Origin: Verrucomicrobiota bacterium | GTDB lineage: Bacteria; Verrucomicrobiota; Verrucomicrobiia; Limisphaerales; UBA8199 | DNA length: 64,000 nucleotides | Reading direction: 5' to 3' | Assembly: GCA_035358715.1 (NCBI GenBank) | Contig: DAOPPX010000003.1 | Span: forward strand, 14,300-78,299 | Shown here: piece by piece, positions 9,362 through 18,072 of the stretch | Numbering within the stretch: the first letter of the stretch is position 1 | Layout: every line of letters starts with the position of its first letter | Position numbers and translations under genes: made by a program | Notes under the pieces: model-generated | What the model saw: only the letters and a program-made list of their open reading frames with translations | Databases searched by the model: none | What the model was told of the DNA's origin: nothing

Positions 9362-10438
9362 GTGCGTTCAGAAATCATCAAAGACATCGCGCGCATTGTT
9401 GTGAAGCTGGGCACCGGCGTGCTGACGGATAACCGGAAGCAGCCGGACCTTGCCCAAATGGAGCAGTTGGTGGGGCAGATGGCCGAACAGCGGCAAGCGG
9501 GCCGGGAGGTGCTGGTTGTCTCGTCGGGGGCGGTGGGCGCGGGCATGGGCGCGCTGGGTTTTCAGAAACGCCCGCGCGAGCTGGCCGACTTGCAGGCGTG
9601 CGCGGCGGTAGGGCAGTCGCGGCTGATGGCTATTTACGACAAGCTCTTCGGGATGCACGGCCTGTCGGTCGCCCAGATCCTGCTCACGCACGACGATTTG
9701 GAGCACCACGAGCGCCATCTTAACGCCCGCAACACGCTGGTGACGCTCCTGGCGCACGGGATTGTGCCCATTATCAATGAGAACGACGTGGTCTCCTTCA
9801 CCGAGCTGAAGTTCGGCGACAACGACCTGCTGTCGGCCCTGGTGGCCTCGTTGCTGCCGGCGGATTTGCTGCTCATCCTGACCACGGTGGACGGCGTGCT
9901 GGAGGACTTTGGCAAGGCCAATCCCCGGACCATCCCTCTCATCAAGCGCGTGGACGAGGCGCTGGAGCAAACGGCGGAGGGCACCAGCAGCGCGACCGCC
10001 GTCGGCGGGATGGCCTCGAAGGTTCAGGCGGCAAAGATCGTCATGCGCTCCGGCGTCCCGCTGGTGATTGCCTCGGGCCGGAAGAAACGAGTGATAAGCC
10101 GCGTGGTGGCGGGCGAGGAGGAAGGCACGCTCTTCGTGCCCCAGCCGACCCGGCTCAAGGGCCGCAAACGATGGATTGCCTTCTTTCACCATCCCAAGGG
10201 CGCGCTGGTTGTGGACGCCGGGGCGCGCAAGGCGGTGCGCGAGGGGGGCAAGAGCCTCCTGCCGCCCGGGATCGTGCGCTGCGAGGGCACCTTCGCAGCC
10301 GGCGAGGTGGTGCGTATTTGCGACCAGGACGGCACGGAGTTCGCCCGGGGCATCGCCGGGTTTGACGCCGCTCAAATCAAGGCCCGGAAGCTCCAGCGCA
10401 TTGAAGTGGTCCACCGGGACAACCTGGTCCTCCTGTGA
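9362..10438 (+). CDS. proB: Glutamate 5-kinase with PUA domain
   Basis: RIVVKLGTG, PIINEND, FGDND, GGMASK, C-terminal VVHRDNLV. True start taken as GTG at 9362 inside ORF 8438-10438. Confidence 0.95.
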   Translation: MRSEIIKDIARIVVKLGTGVLTDNRKQPDLAQMEQLVGQMAEQRQAGREVLVVSSGAVGAGMGALGFQKRPRELADLQACAAVGQSRLMAIYDKLFGMHGLSVAQILLTHDDLEHHERHLNARNTLVTLLAHGIVPIINENDVVSFTELKFGDNDLLSALVASLLPADLLLILTTVDGVLEDFGKANPRTIPLIKRVDEALEQTAEGTSSATAVGGMASKVQAAKIVMRSGVPLVIASGRKKRVISRVVAGEEEGTLFVPQPTRLKGRKRWIAFFHHPKGALVVDAGARKAVREGGKSLLPPGIVRCEGTFAAGEVVRICDQDGTEFARGIAGFDAAQIKARKLQRIEVVHRDNLVLL

Positions 10439-10534
10439 CGGCCAAACGGAGAGCCGTGGGACATTGGAGCGGCGGAGCGAACTGATGCAGCTTCTCAACG
10501 CCCCAATGCCTCACCAACCCGCCGCCCCCTTTCC

Positions 10535-11197
10535 ATGAAGCGATCTCCTGCAATCAACGACTTGCTCACCATCATGGGCCGGCTCCGCTCGCCCCGGGGC
10601 TGCCCCTGGGACCGGCAGCAAAACCACATGACTCTGCGCTGGCACGCTGTGGAGGAGGTCTATGAGCTGTTTGACGCGATCGAGGCTGGCGACGACCACG
10701 AACTGGAGGAGGAACTGGGCGATGTGCTGTTGCAGGTGGTGTTCCACTGCCAACTGGCCAAAGAGCGCGGCGCGTTTGACTTCGAGAGGGTCGCCCGGCG
10801 CATCGCCGACAAATTGGTCCGCCGCCATCCTCACGTGTTTGGCGATGTCCGCGTCAAGGACGTGGACCAGGTCTGGGCGAACTGGGAGAAGATTAAGCGC
10901 GCCGAAAAGCACGGGACCCGGCACGCCCGCCCCTCCGCCCTGGATGGAATTCCCAGGTTTCTGCCCGCGCTGCTGCAGGCTGCCAAACTGGTGCGCAAGG
11001 CGCACAAGGCAAAGCTGCTGGCCCGCGGCGGCGGCCGGCGCGTCCGCACCAAGCGAGAATTGGCCGCACAGCTTTTTGCGCTGGCGCAATTCGCGCAGGA
11101 ACGGGGTTGGCCGGCCGAGGAGCTGTTGCGGGGCGAGATCAAGCGGCGCGAGCGTGAGCTGCGCCGGCGCGAGAAGCAGCAGGACGCGCGCCGCTAG
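10535..11197 (+). CDS. mazG: MazG family nucleoside triphosphate pyrophosphohydrolase
   Basis: LRSPRGCPWDRQQ, EEVYEL, EELGDVLLQVVFH, KLVRRHPHVFG. Confidence 0.92.
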   Translation: MKRSPAINDLLTIMGRLRSPRGCPWDRQQNHMTLRWHAVEEVYELFDAIEAGDDHELEEELGDVLLQVVFHCQLAKERGAFDFERVARRIADKLVRRHPHVFGDVRVKDVDQVWANWEKIKRAEKHGTRHARPSALDGIPRFLPALLQAAKLVRKAHKAKLLARGGGRRVRTKRELAAQLFALAQFAQERGWPAEELLRGEIKRRERELRRREKQQDARR

Positions 11198-11217
11198 CCC
11201 GGCTGTATCACACCCAA

Positions 11218-11287
11218 CGCCGCGTGAGGGCACGCGGCCTGCAGGAACAGGGGTGTTTGGCTGCAGGCCGCGTGCCCTCACGCGGCG
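11218..11287. repeat. REPIN-like perfect inverted repeat (27-bp arms, 16-nt loop)
   Basis: cgccgcgtgagggcacgcggcctgcag (11218-11244) pairs with ctgcaggccgcgtgccctcacgcggcg (11261-11287); arms have internal hairpin gccgcgtg-aggg-cacgcggc. Confidence 0.85.
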
Positions 11288-11384
11288 CACTGTTGCCCCT
11301 TCCATCGAAGCATGAAACATGTGGGCTAGGCGTTGAGGAATCCCCGCTCGACTCCCGGCTGCGCTTGTGGTTTCTTCTAGGCGT

Positions 11385-12494
11385 ATGACTGACCCGCGTT
11401 ACCGCAAGCTGGCAAAGTTACTCGTCGAATACTCGACGGCCCTCAAGAAGGGAGATCGCATCCTGCTGGACATGATTGATGTGCCCGACGAGTTTTCCGT
11501 CGAGCTGATGCGGGCGGCGCGGGCAGCGGGCGCCACGCCCATCATCGAGGTCCGCCACACCCGCGTCAACCGGGAGATTCTGCGCGCCATCAACCCCCGC
11601 CACGCCCTGCTGGTGCGGGACATCGAGTGGTTCCGGATGAAGAAGATGCAGGCGTATGTGGCCGTTCGCGGCAGCGACAACGCGAGCGAGAACGCGGACG
11701 TGGCCAGCGAGCGCATGGCGCTCTACAGCCGTGCCATCCGTCCGGTGCTCAACTACCGGGTCAGAAGGACCCGCTGGTGCGTGCTGCGGTGGCCCACGCC
11801 CAGCATGGCCCAGGCGGCCGGCATGAGCACCGAGGCGTTCGAGGATCTCTATTTCGATGTCTGCACGCTGGATTATCGCCGGATGGCGCGCGCGATGGTG
11901 CCGCTGGAGCGCCGGATGAAGCGCGCCGACCGCGTTCACATCAAAGGGCCGGGCACGGACCTGACGTTCAGCATCAAAGGCATGGGGGCCCAGATGTGCA
12001 AGGGGGACCGGAACATCCCTGACGGCGAGGTGTTCTCCTGTCCCGTCAAAGACTCCATCAACGGGTGCATTCGGTTCAACGCGCCGACTCTCTACTCGGG
12101 CACGAAGTTCGAGAATGTCTGCCTGGAATTCAAGAAAGGCAGAATCGTAAAGGCCACCGCGAACAACACGCGGCGCCTGAACGAGATTCTGGACACGGAC
12201 CCTGGCGCCCGCTACACGGGCGAATTCTCGCTGGGCCTCAATCCCCGGATCCTGCAGCCGATGTGCGACATCCTGTTCGATGAGAAGATCGCCGGTTCAT
12301 TGCATCTGACCCCGGGCCAGGCCTATGAGGAATGCGACAACGGCAACCACTCGGCTGTGCACTGGGACATGGTGCTGATTCAGCGGCCCGACTGGGGCGG
12401 CGGCGAGGTCTGGTTCGACGGCAGGCTGATCCGCAAGGACGGGCTGTTCGTGCCGAAGGACTTGAAGCCGCTCAACCCGGCAAATCTGAGGTAG
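11385..12494 (+). CDS. Aminopeptidase, M29 family (AmpS/PepS-like)
   Basis: NIPDGEVF, GEFSLG, ILFDEKIAGSLHLTPG, SAVHWDMV metal-binding motifs. Confidence 0.92.
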   Translation: MTDPRYRKLAKLLVEYSTALKKGDRILLDMIDVPDEFSVELMRAARAAGATPIIEVRHTRVNREILRAINPRHALLVRDIEWFRMKKMQAYVAVRGSDNASENADVASERMALYSRAIRPVLNYRVRRTRWCVLRWPTPSMAQAAGMSTEAFEDLYFDVCTLDYRRMARAMVPLERRMKRADRVHIKGPGTDLTFSIKGMGAQMCKGDRNIPDGEVFSCPVKDSINGCIRFNAPTLYSGTKFENVCLEFKKGRIVKATANNTRRLNEILDTDPGARYTGEFSLGLNPRILQPMCDILFDEKIAGSLHLTPGQAYEECDNGNHSAVHWDMVLIQRPDWGGGEVWFDGRLIRKDGLFVPKDLKPLNPANLR

Positions 12495-12584
12495 GCCGGG
12501 CAGCCGGAGCACCAGCCGGTCGCCGGTTCTCGGGGGCGGTTGAGGTGGGTCAGCCGCCTGGGGCTGTTGCGGCCTGGAGCCGCA

Positions 12585-13493
12585 TCACTGCTCTCCCTTC
12601 AACACCGCCAGGAACTCCTTCAGCCCCGCAGACAGGATTTTATTCTTCCTGAGAATCGCCGCCAGCGGACGGTAGAATTCCCCGTCCTGGAGGGTCACCT
12701 GGGCCAGGGTGCCCTGCTTGACTTCCTGTATGACGGTGCTTTGGGGCACAATGGCAATCCCTGCGTCAATTTCCACAGCGCGTTTGACCGTCTCGATGTT
12801 GTCGAACTCCATCACGTGCTGCACCTCGACAGAATGCCCTTTGAGAAGCTTGTCAAGGGCCTTGCGAGTGGGGATATCGGGTTCGAAGCTGATGAGCTTC
12901 TGTTTGTTGAGGGTTTCCAGGCGGAGGTTCCTTTGCCGGGCCAACGGGTGTTGCGGGTGGCAGATCACCACCAGCGGGTCCTTGCGCAGCGGGTAGATTG
13001 CCAATTTTCTGACGCGGACCGGATACGCTACCAGGCCCAAATCCACCGCGTTGCCCATTACGTCTTCATACACCTGGTTGGCGCGGCGGTACTCGACTTG
13101 CACATTGACCGTTGGATAGGTCTTGAGGAACCGCTTCAGGCACGGCGGCAGGTCGTGCAGGCCAATGCTGTAGATAGTGGCAACGCGAATGCTCCCCGAG
13201 ACCATTTCCCTGGTTTCCTTCAGCCGGGTCTGGAGCTCGTTGTAGATGGCGATGGCCTGCTTGCCGTGCTGGTAAAGCGTTTGGCCTTCCCGGGTCAGGC
13301 GGAATGTTCTCCTGGTGCGTTCGATTAGCCATTTCTTCCTGCTGGGCCCGGTCTTGCGCGGTAAGAGCCTGCGTTCCAGGGAGCTGATCTGCTGGCTGAT
13401 CGCCGATTGGGTCACGCCATTTATCTGGGCGGTTATGGTGAAGCTCTTGGTCTCAGCCAGATCGCAGAATACCTTCAGACTCTCGATTTGCAT
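12585..13493 (-). CDS. LysR family transcriptional regulator
   Basis: N-terminal HTH (SFT..AQINGVTQSAISQQISSLE) plus substrate-binding domain; start MQIESL. Confidence 0.92.
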   Translation of the reverse strand: MQIESLKVFCDLAETKSFTITAQINGVTQSAISQQISSLERRLLPRKTGPSRKKWLIERTRRTFRLTREGQTLYQHGKQAIAIYNELQTRLKETREMVSGSIRVATIYSIGLHDLPPCLKRFLKTYPTVNVQVEYRRANQVYEDVMGNAVDLGLVAYPVRVRKLAIYPLRKDPLVVICHPQHPLARQRNLRLETLNKQKLISFEPDIPTRKALDKLLKGHSVEVQHVMEFDNIETVKRAVEIDAGIAIVPQSTVIQEVKQGTLAQVTLQDGEFYRPLAAILRKNKILSAGLKEFLAVLKGEQ

Positions 13494-13757
13494 AAGAAAC
13501 CCCAATACCGTATTTAACAAACGCAGTCAACTGCCGCGGGAGGCAGTCACTCTTATCGGCCCGCGCCACTCTCAGCCGGCCGCTGGTCTTTGAGCTGCGG
13601 CCGCTGATTTGACTCATGCGCATTCCGGACGAGGGCTGGCAAATGTGTTGGCCCTGCCCCCCCGCCGCTCGGAGGGTGCTTTTCTGAACGGAGAGGCCGC
13701 GATGGACTGGATCAGGAGAGCCTGCCAGCCAGAACTGCGCCGATCCGTCCCGGCTCC

Positions 13758-14171
13758 TTAATCCGCGCCTTCCGGTACCGCCACGAAGGCCGCCGGCAGC
13801 AGCTCCTTGACCGTGAATTTTCTCACGGCGCTCAGCGCCCGGCTGTCGGCCACCCAAACGGCGGCATGCGGGGCATACTCGGCGAGCAGTTGGCGGCAGG
13901 CGCCGCAGGGCATCGGCCCGCCCGGGGCGCGCGCAACGACCGCCACCGCCACGAAATTCTGCTTCCCGGCGGTCAGGGCGTTGAACAGCGCCACGCGCTC
14001 GGCGCAGCAGGTCAAGCCGTAGCTGGCGCTCTCGACGTTGGCGCCGGTGATCACCTCGCCCGACCGGGTGAGAATAGCCGCGCCGACCTTGAACCGGGAG
14101 TACGGCGCCACCGCGCGCTGCCGGGCCTGGGCCGCCGCGCGCACCAATGCGGGTTTAATGGGTCTGGCCAT
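13758..14171 (-). CDS. cdd: Cytidine deaminase
   Basis: APYSRFKVGAA, NVESASYGLTCCAER, PCGACRQ zinc motifs. Confidence 0.95.
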   Translation of the reverse strand: MARPIKPALVRAAAQARQRAVAPYSRFKVGAAILTRSGEVITGANVESASYGLTCCAERVALFNALTAGKQNFVAVAVVARAPGGPMPCGACRQLLAEYAPHAAVWVADSRALSAVRKFTVKELLPAAFVAVPEGAD

Positions 14172-14985
14172 AAATCTGTGCGAAGGTTGTGAGCATCCGG
14201 GCGGCTGCGCGCTTTACCCGTTCGGCGGTTTCCAGCACCTCCGCGTGCGACAGCGTCTGGCGGCTTCGGCCCGCGGCGAGGTTAGTGATGCACGAGACCC
14301 CGGCGACCTTCAGGCCGCATTGGCGCGCCACAATTGCCTCGGGCACGGTGCTCATGCCTACGGCATCGGCGCCGAGCTCGGCAAACGCCCGAATCTCGGC
14401 GGGCGTTTCGTAGCTTGGTCCGCAGACCGCCAGGTATACGCCCGACCGCAGCTTCACGCGGCAGGCCCGGCCTGCCCGCCCCAGCAAGCGCCGCAGGCCC
14501 GGGTCATAGACGCAGGTCAGGTCCACGAAGCGTGGCAAACCGGGCACCGGTTCGCCGCGCAAAGGGTTGATGCCCATGAAGTTGACGTGATCCGTCAGCA
14601 CCATGAAGTCGCCCGGGCGGAAGGAGCGATTCACGCCTCCGGCGGCGTTGGTGAGCAGCAGATCCCGGATGCCGCAGGCGGCCAGCGCGCGCACGGCGAA
14701 CGTAACCACCGTCATCGGGTGCCCCTCGTAATAATGCGCCCGGCCGCTGAGCACCATGACCGGCGTGCTGCCCAGAAGGCCGATGAGCAGTTGCCCCGCG
14801 TGCCCGCTCACGCCGGTTGGAGGGAAGCCCGGAAGCCGCTGGTAGGCGATCTGCGCGTCCACCTGCAGTTCGCTTAACACGTGATGGAAGCCGCTGCCCA
14901 GCACGAATGCCAGCGTCGGGCGCAGCGGGGAGATTTTGCGCAGCCGTGCGGCGGCGATTTTGGGGTCTGGTTGTCGTTTGCTCAT
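14155..14985 (-). CDS. punA: Purine-nucleoside phosphorylase (PunA/XapA family)
   Basis: VLGSG, GHAGQL, GRAHYYEG, TNAAGG, GPSYETPAE, GMSTVPE, TNLAAG. Confidence 0.9.
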   Translation of the reverse strand: MSKRQPDPKIAAARLRKISPLRPTLAFVLGSGFHHVLSELQVDAQIAYQRLPGFPPTGVSGHAGQLLIGLLGSTPVMVLSGRAHYYEGHPMTVVTFAVRALAACGIRDLLLTNAAGGVNRSFRPGDFMVLTDHVNFMGINPLRGEPVPGLPRFVDLTCVYDPGLRRLLGRAGRACRVKLRSGVYLAVCGPSYETPAEIRAFAELGADAVGMSTVPEAIVARQCGLKVAGVSCITNLAAGRSRQTLSHAEVLETAERVKRAAARMLTTFAQIYGQTH

Positions 14986-15040
14986 TCCTGATCTCTGGCG
15001 CAACTGCATTGCCCTGGCCGGCTTCGACCTGTGCACGAAA

Positions 15041-15240
15041 TTGGACAGCAACAATATGCGCCGCTATTCACGGCACCTGATTCTGCCTGAAGCAGGGCTG
15101 CAGGGCCAAAGGAAAATTCGCGCTGCCCGGCGTGCCGTGCGCCGGGCGGGTCCGGTACGGCTGCGGCCTTGTATCCGGACGCCGCCGTCGCCAAGCGCGG
15201 TGTCCCCGACCTGATCCAGACCGCCGAGATGTTGAATCTA
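15041..15240 (+). pseudogene. MoeB/ThiF family relic (frameshifted, internally deleted)
   Basis: LDSNNMRRYSRHLILPEAGLQGQRKIRAAR matches the MoeB N-terminus. Other frames give VPCAG, SGTAAALYPDAA (~GSPAALYLAAA) and GVPDLIQTAEMLNLI (~late ThiF-domain helix). Confidence 0.6.
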
Positions 15241-15319
15241 ATCCCGGCCAGTTGCCGATCACTTGCGCCGGAAAACAGGTTGCCGCCGCCGCCGGACTGG
15301 CCTAATGTCATGGCGGGTT

Positions 15320-15396
15320 GCGCGAGTAGCTCAATTGGATAGAGCGTCGGCCTCCGGAGCCGAAGGTTGAGAGTTCGACCCTCTCCTCGCGTACCA
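15320..15396 (+). tRNA. tRNA-Arg(CCG)
   Basis: gcgcgag acceptor stem, D arm gctc/gagc, anticodon arm tcggc-ctCCGga-gccga, T arm gagag-ttcgacc-ctctc, encoded CCA. Confidence 0.97.
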
Positions 15397-15494
15397 GCCT
15401 GCGATTTGCGGTTTTCGTCGCAGAATCAATGGAAACCCGCTTATCCAGTCGGTTTCATCACGTCGCCGGAACTTGGATTGAACCACCCCCCAAA

Positions 15495-15525
15495 ACCAGA
15501 CCAAACCAGAACAGAAACCAGAACA
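15495..15525 (+). promoter_or_regulatory. Putative integrase arm-type sites (left end of element 1)
   Basis: ACCAGAACA at 15505 and 15517 (12-bp period) plus degenerate ACCAGACCA at 15495; same pair recurs at 22913/22925 and 33312/33324. Confidence 0.7.
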
Positions 15526-15915
15526 ATTCAAGGGGCTGAAAGGGGAATCGGTTCGAGACCCTCTGGCTTTGCGTTCCGTGTTGCGGCGGTAGAATCTCCC
15601 ACCCTACGGAGGAAGACACGCCCCAAACCCTCTGAGGCAGAAATCGGCCACCCTCAAATCGTGAACGTCGGAACGGGTGACGCTAAACTGTCCGGCCAAC
15701 ATACTCGAGCCAAACAGTTGGCCGAATGGATTAGCAATAGCGGTATTGTGATGCGGGGCTGCTAAGGGCGAAAACCCCAATTCTCGCAAGAATAAGTTTG
15801 GAACAAATCTTGCTTATATTACCGATTGGCAGTATTGCTGCCGAATGAACGAAAGGAATCACTGACGGAAAACTGAACGATAAGACAACAAAATTTGCGT
15901 AGCTTCGGCTGCGGG

Positions 15916-16027
15916 TCATCTGAAATCTGGACAATTTTAGGATACGGGACCGCGCCAAAGCCCAACGCCCAATCGGGCGTGGGCTTGGCGTTCCATCCCG
16001 TAGTGGCTCGTCCAGAGCCTCAGATGA
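15916..16027 (+). ncRNA. Candidate structured RNA, rod-like hairpin with six stacked helices
   Basis: tcatctga/tcagatga, tctggac/gtccaga, tacggga/tcccgta, gcgcc/ggcgt, aagccca/tgggctt, cgccc/gggcg, closed by an AATC loop. Strand not established. Confidence 0.55.
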
Positions 16028-16095
16028 GTGGGCGTTAGGTTCACGCCCCTTCCTTTTGCCGCTGTCTGGCTGCGTGAAAAACACCATAAGAAAAC

Positions 16096-16755
16096 ATGCA
16101 GACAAAATCATTACTCGGAGTTCTCACCATCACGGCGGCACTTGCGATGCAGGCTCACGCCCAAACCAATACTCTCATCGCTACTTTGACGATGCAGTTC
16201 ACAAGTGCGCAAAACTTGACAACTCCGGTTTTGCCGCTTGGGGGAAGTTACTTTTTTCTCGTGACCGGCCGTTACGGCGTTGGCCCCGGTGACAGAGGCG
16301 AGGCTATGTCCGATGCTGCTTACAACACAATTATTACGAGCACTCTTGACCAAACCCACAATCCCGGTCACCATTGGCAGTGGAACGGAACATACACGAA
16401 CCGCCCCAATCCCGACGCTTATCAAACCAACCATGTTTATCGCTTTGATTTCACAGGCCGAGGAGCGGCAGAGGTACTCGCGTTTACTGACCCGGTTTAC
16501 GGGGATAACGTTGGAACGCTCACCTTTCAGTTGTATCAATTAGGGCCATTGGTGAACTTAATTAAAGCTGTCAAACCGTCGTTCAGCAATCTCACTCTCA
16601 CCACAAATTACCAGTTGCAGGTTTCCGCCGACCTGAATACGTGGACCAACCAAGGCTCACCGTTCACCGCCACCAACACGAGCATGGTTTATCCGCAATA
16701 CTGGGACGTGGACAATTGGAACCAGCTTTTCTTCCGGCTCCAAGTGACTCCGTAA
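16096..16755 (+). CDS. Secreted protein with C-terminal verrucomicrobial-type domain
   Basis: Signal peptide (LLGVLTITAALAMQAHA); ends NYQLQVSADLNTW...LFFRLQVTP. Confidence 0.75.
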   Translation: MQTKSLLGVLTITAALAMQAHAQTNTLIATLTMQFTSAQNLTTPVLPLGGSYFFLVTGRYGVGPGDRGEAMSDAAYNTIITSTLDQTHNPGHHWQWNGTYTNRPNPDAYQTNHVYRFDFTGRGAAEVLAFTDPVYGDNVGTLTFQLYQLGPLVNLIKAVKPSFSNLTLTTNYQLQVSADLNTWTNQGSPFTATNTSMVYPQYWDVDNWNQLFFRLQVTP

Positions 16756-16785
16756 TTGTGGAACCCTGAACCGGAATTAGCTAAT

Positions 16786-16818
16786 CCCCATCCGCTTTCG
16801 TAGCCGGTGGGGTTTTTC
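16786..16818 (+). terminator. Rho-independent terminator (probable)
   Basis: GC-rich hairpin cccca...tgggg followed by ttttt, downstream of 16096-16755. Confidence 0.55.
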
Positions 16819-17014
16819 ATTTCCCGCATTCCTTCTCACCAAGCGCCCGTTGGCACTGGTCCCCATTTCCCACGATGCGTCCGGTTCTGTCTCTGGTGAT
16901 GTTTTCGGTTGCGTGGTAAATCGCCACGATGCGTCCGGTGCCGTCGCGGAGGGTGTTTCGGTCAACGCGGGCGATTATACGTCCCTCACGATTTCTCAGG
17001 AAATTATCGCTCAT
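16817..17014 (-). CDS. Small hypothetical protein with (R/L)DxxGRIV repeats
   Basis: 65 aa with three 'GRI(I/V)' repeats; follows the resolvase on the same strand. Confidence 0.55.
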   Translation of the reverse strand: MSDNFLRNREGRIIARVDRNTLRDGTGRIVAIYHATENITRDRTGRIVGNGDQCQRALGEKECGK

Positions 17015-17020
17015 AGGATT

Positions 17021-17692
17021 TCAAGCGGTTTGGGTTTTCAGGATGTTGCGGACGGTCGCCGGATACCATTGCCCGCCGTTGCGGGTGGCAATCCCCCGCC
17101 TGTTCAAGCAATCACAAATCCCCCGAAGGGTCTGAACGCCCGCCGACTTGATTTCCTGAATGATGGGAAACACCTTGGCGGCAAAGTCAGCCTTGGCGGT
17201 CTTGTTCGCCACGGCCATTGCGGCCACAGCCTTTTGGGGATTGGGTGTTCCCAATTGTTTGCCGGTGGCTTTGAGGGCGGCCAACGCTTTTGTCGTTCGT
17301 TCGCTAATCAGTTCACGCTCCCGTTGCGCCAGCAAAGCCAGAACCCCTATCGTAAAGCGGTCACACCCCGCAGCGTCGCACGCGATGAAATCCGCTCCGC
17401 TGTTTTGGAGGCGTAGCAAAAACTCAGCATTTCGCGCCAGCCTGTCCAGTTTAGCGATTACCACCGTGCCCTTGGATTTCTTGGCGTATTCCAGTGCCGC
17501 CGCCAGTTGGGGGCGTTCATCTGATGTTTTCTTGCCGGTTTCCACTTCGGAAAACTCCATAGCCAAGACCCCGCCTTGGCTTTCAACAAACCGCCGAACC
17601 GTCTCTTTCTGTGCCGCCATACCATTGCCGTCCAGCCCTTGCATTTTTGTGCTCACTCTGTAATAGCCGATGTAGATTTTCATTATGGACAA
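17021..17692 (-). CDS. Serine recombinase (resolvase/invertase family)
   Basis: YYRVST (catalytic Ser), ERPQLAAAL, VIAKLDRLAR, ERELISERT; C-terminal 'LNRRGIATRNGGQW' DNA-binding part. Confidence 0.93.
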   Translation of the reverse strand: MSIMKIYIGYYRVSTKMQGLDGNGMAAQKETVRRFVESQGGVLAMEFSEVETGKKTSDERPQLAAALEYAKKSKGTVVIAKLDRLARNAEFLLRLQNSGADFIACDAAGCDRFTIGVLALLAQRERELISERTTKALAALKATGKQLGTPNPQKAVAAMAVANKTAKADFAAKVFPIIQEIKSAGVQTLRGICDCLNRRGIATRNGGQWYPATVRNILKTQTA

Positions 17693-18072
17693 CTGGATAC
17701 GCTGTCCGCGAAGCGCCCGGCAAAGCGAAATGTATAAAATCTATACGTCGGCAAAGATTTCGCTCCGCCCTCCAGAAAAAGGCAAATCCCGCTGAAATTG
17801 GTATGGTTCTTTCTCCTGAGCGCCGGGGCTGCGGCTCCGTGTTAGCCAGCCAGCGCCGGCCAGCCTGATTTCTTTTCACCATTGGGAAAGCACACCGGCA
17901 GAGCGCCCGGCGTGCGCCAAAGAGTCGGCAACGGCGGATTAAACCGCCAGAGGGTCAATACTCCGCCTGAAATGGGAACGGCCTGACGCAAACCGGCGAC
18001 GTTGACAAACCGCCAGCCGACAACTACAACGCAGCTATCGGCGCGAATCCAATAAGAGCCCTTACGATACTC

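Noticed and set aside
15495-15525. CRISPR-like array from ACCAGAACA or CTCCGT repeats
   Set aside because: Units are 9-11 bp with no unique spacers and no cas genes; better explained as arm sites and hairpin units.
16868-16941. Direct repeat ccacgatgcgtccggt x2
   Set aside because: Explained by the internal peptide repeat (TGRIV) of the small ORF 16817-17014.
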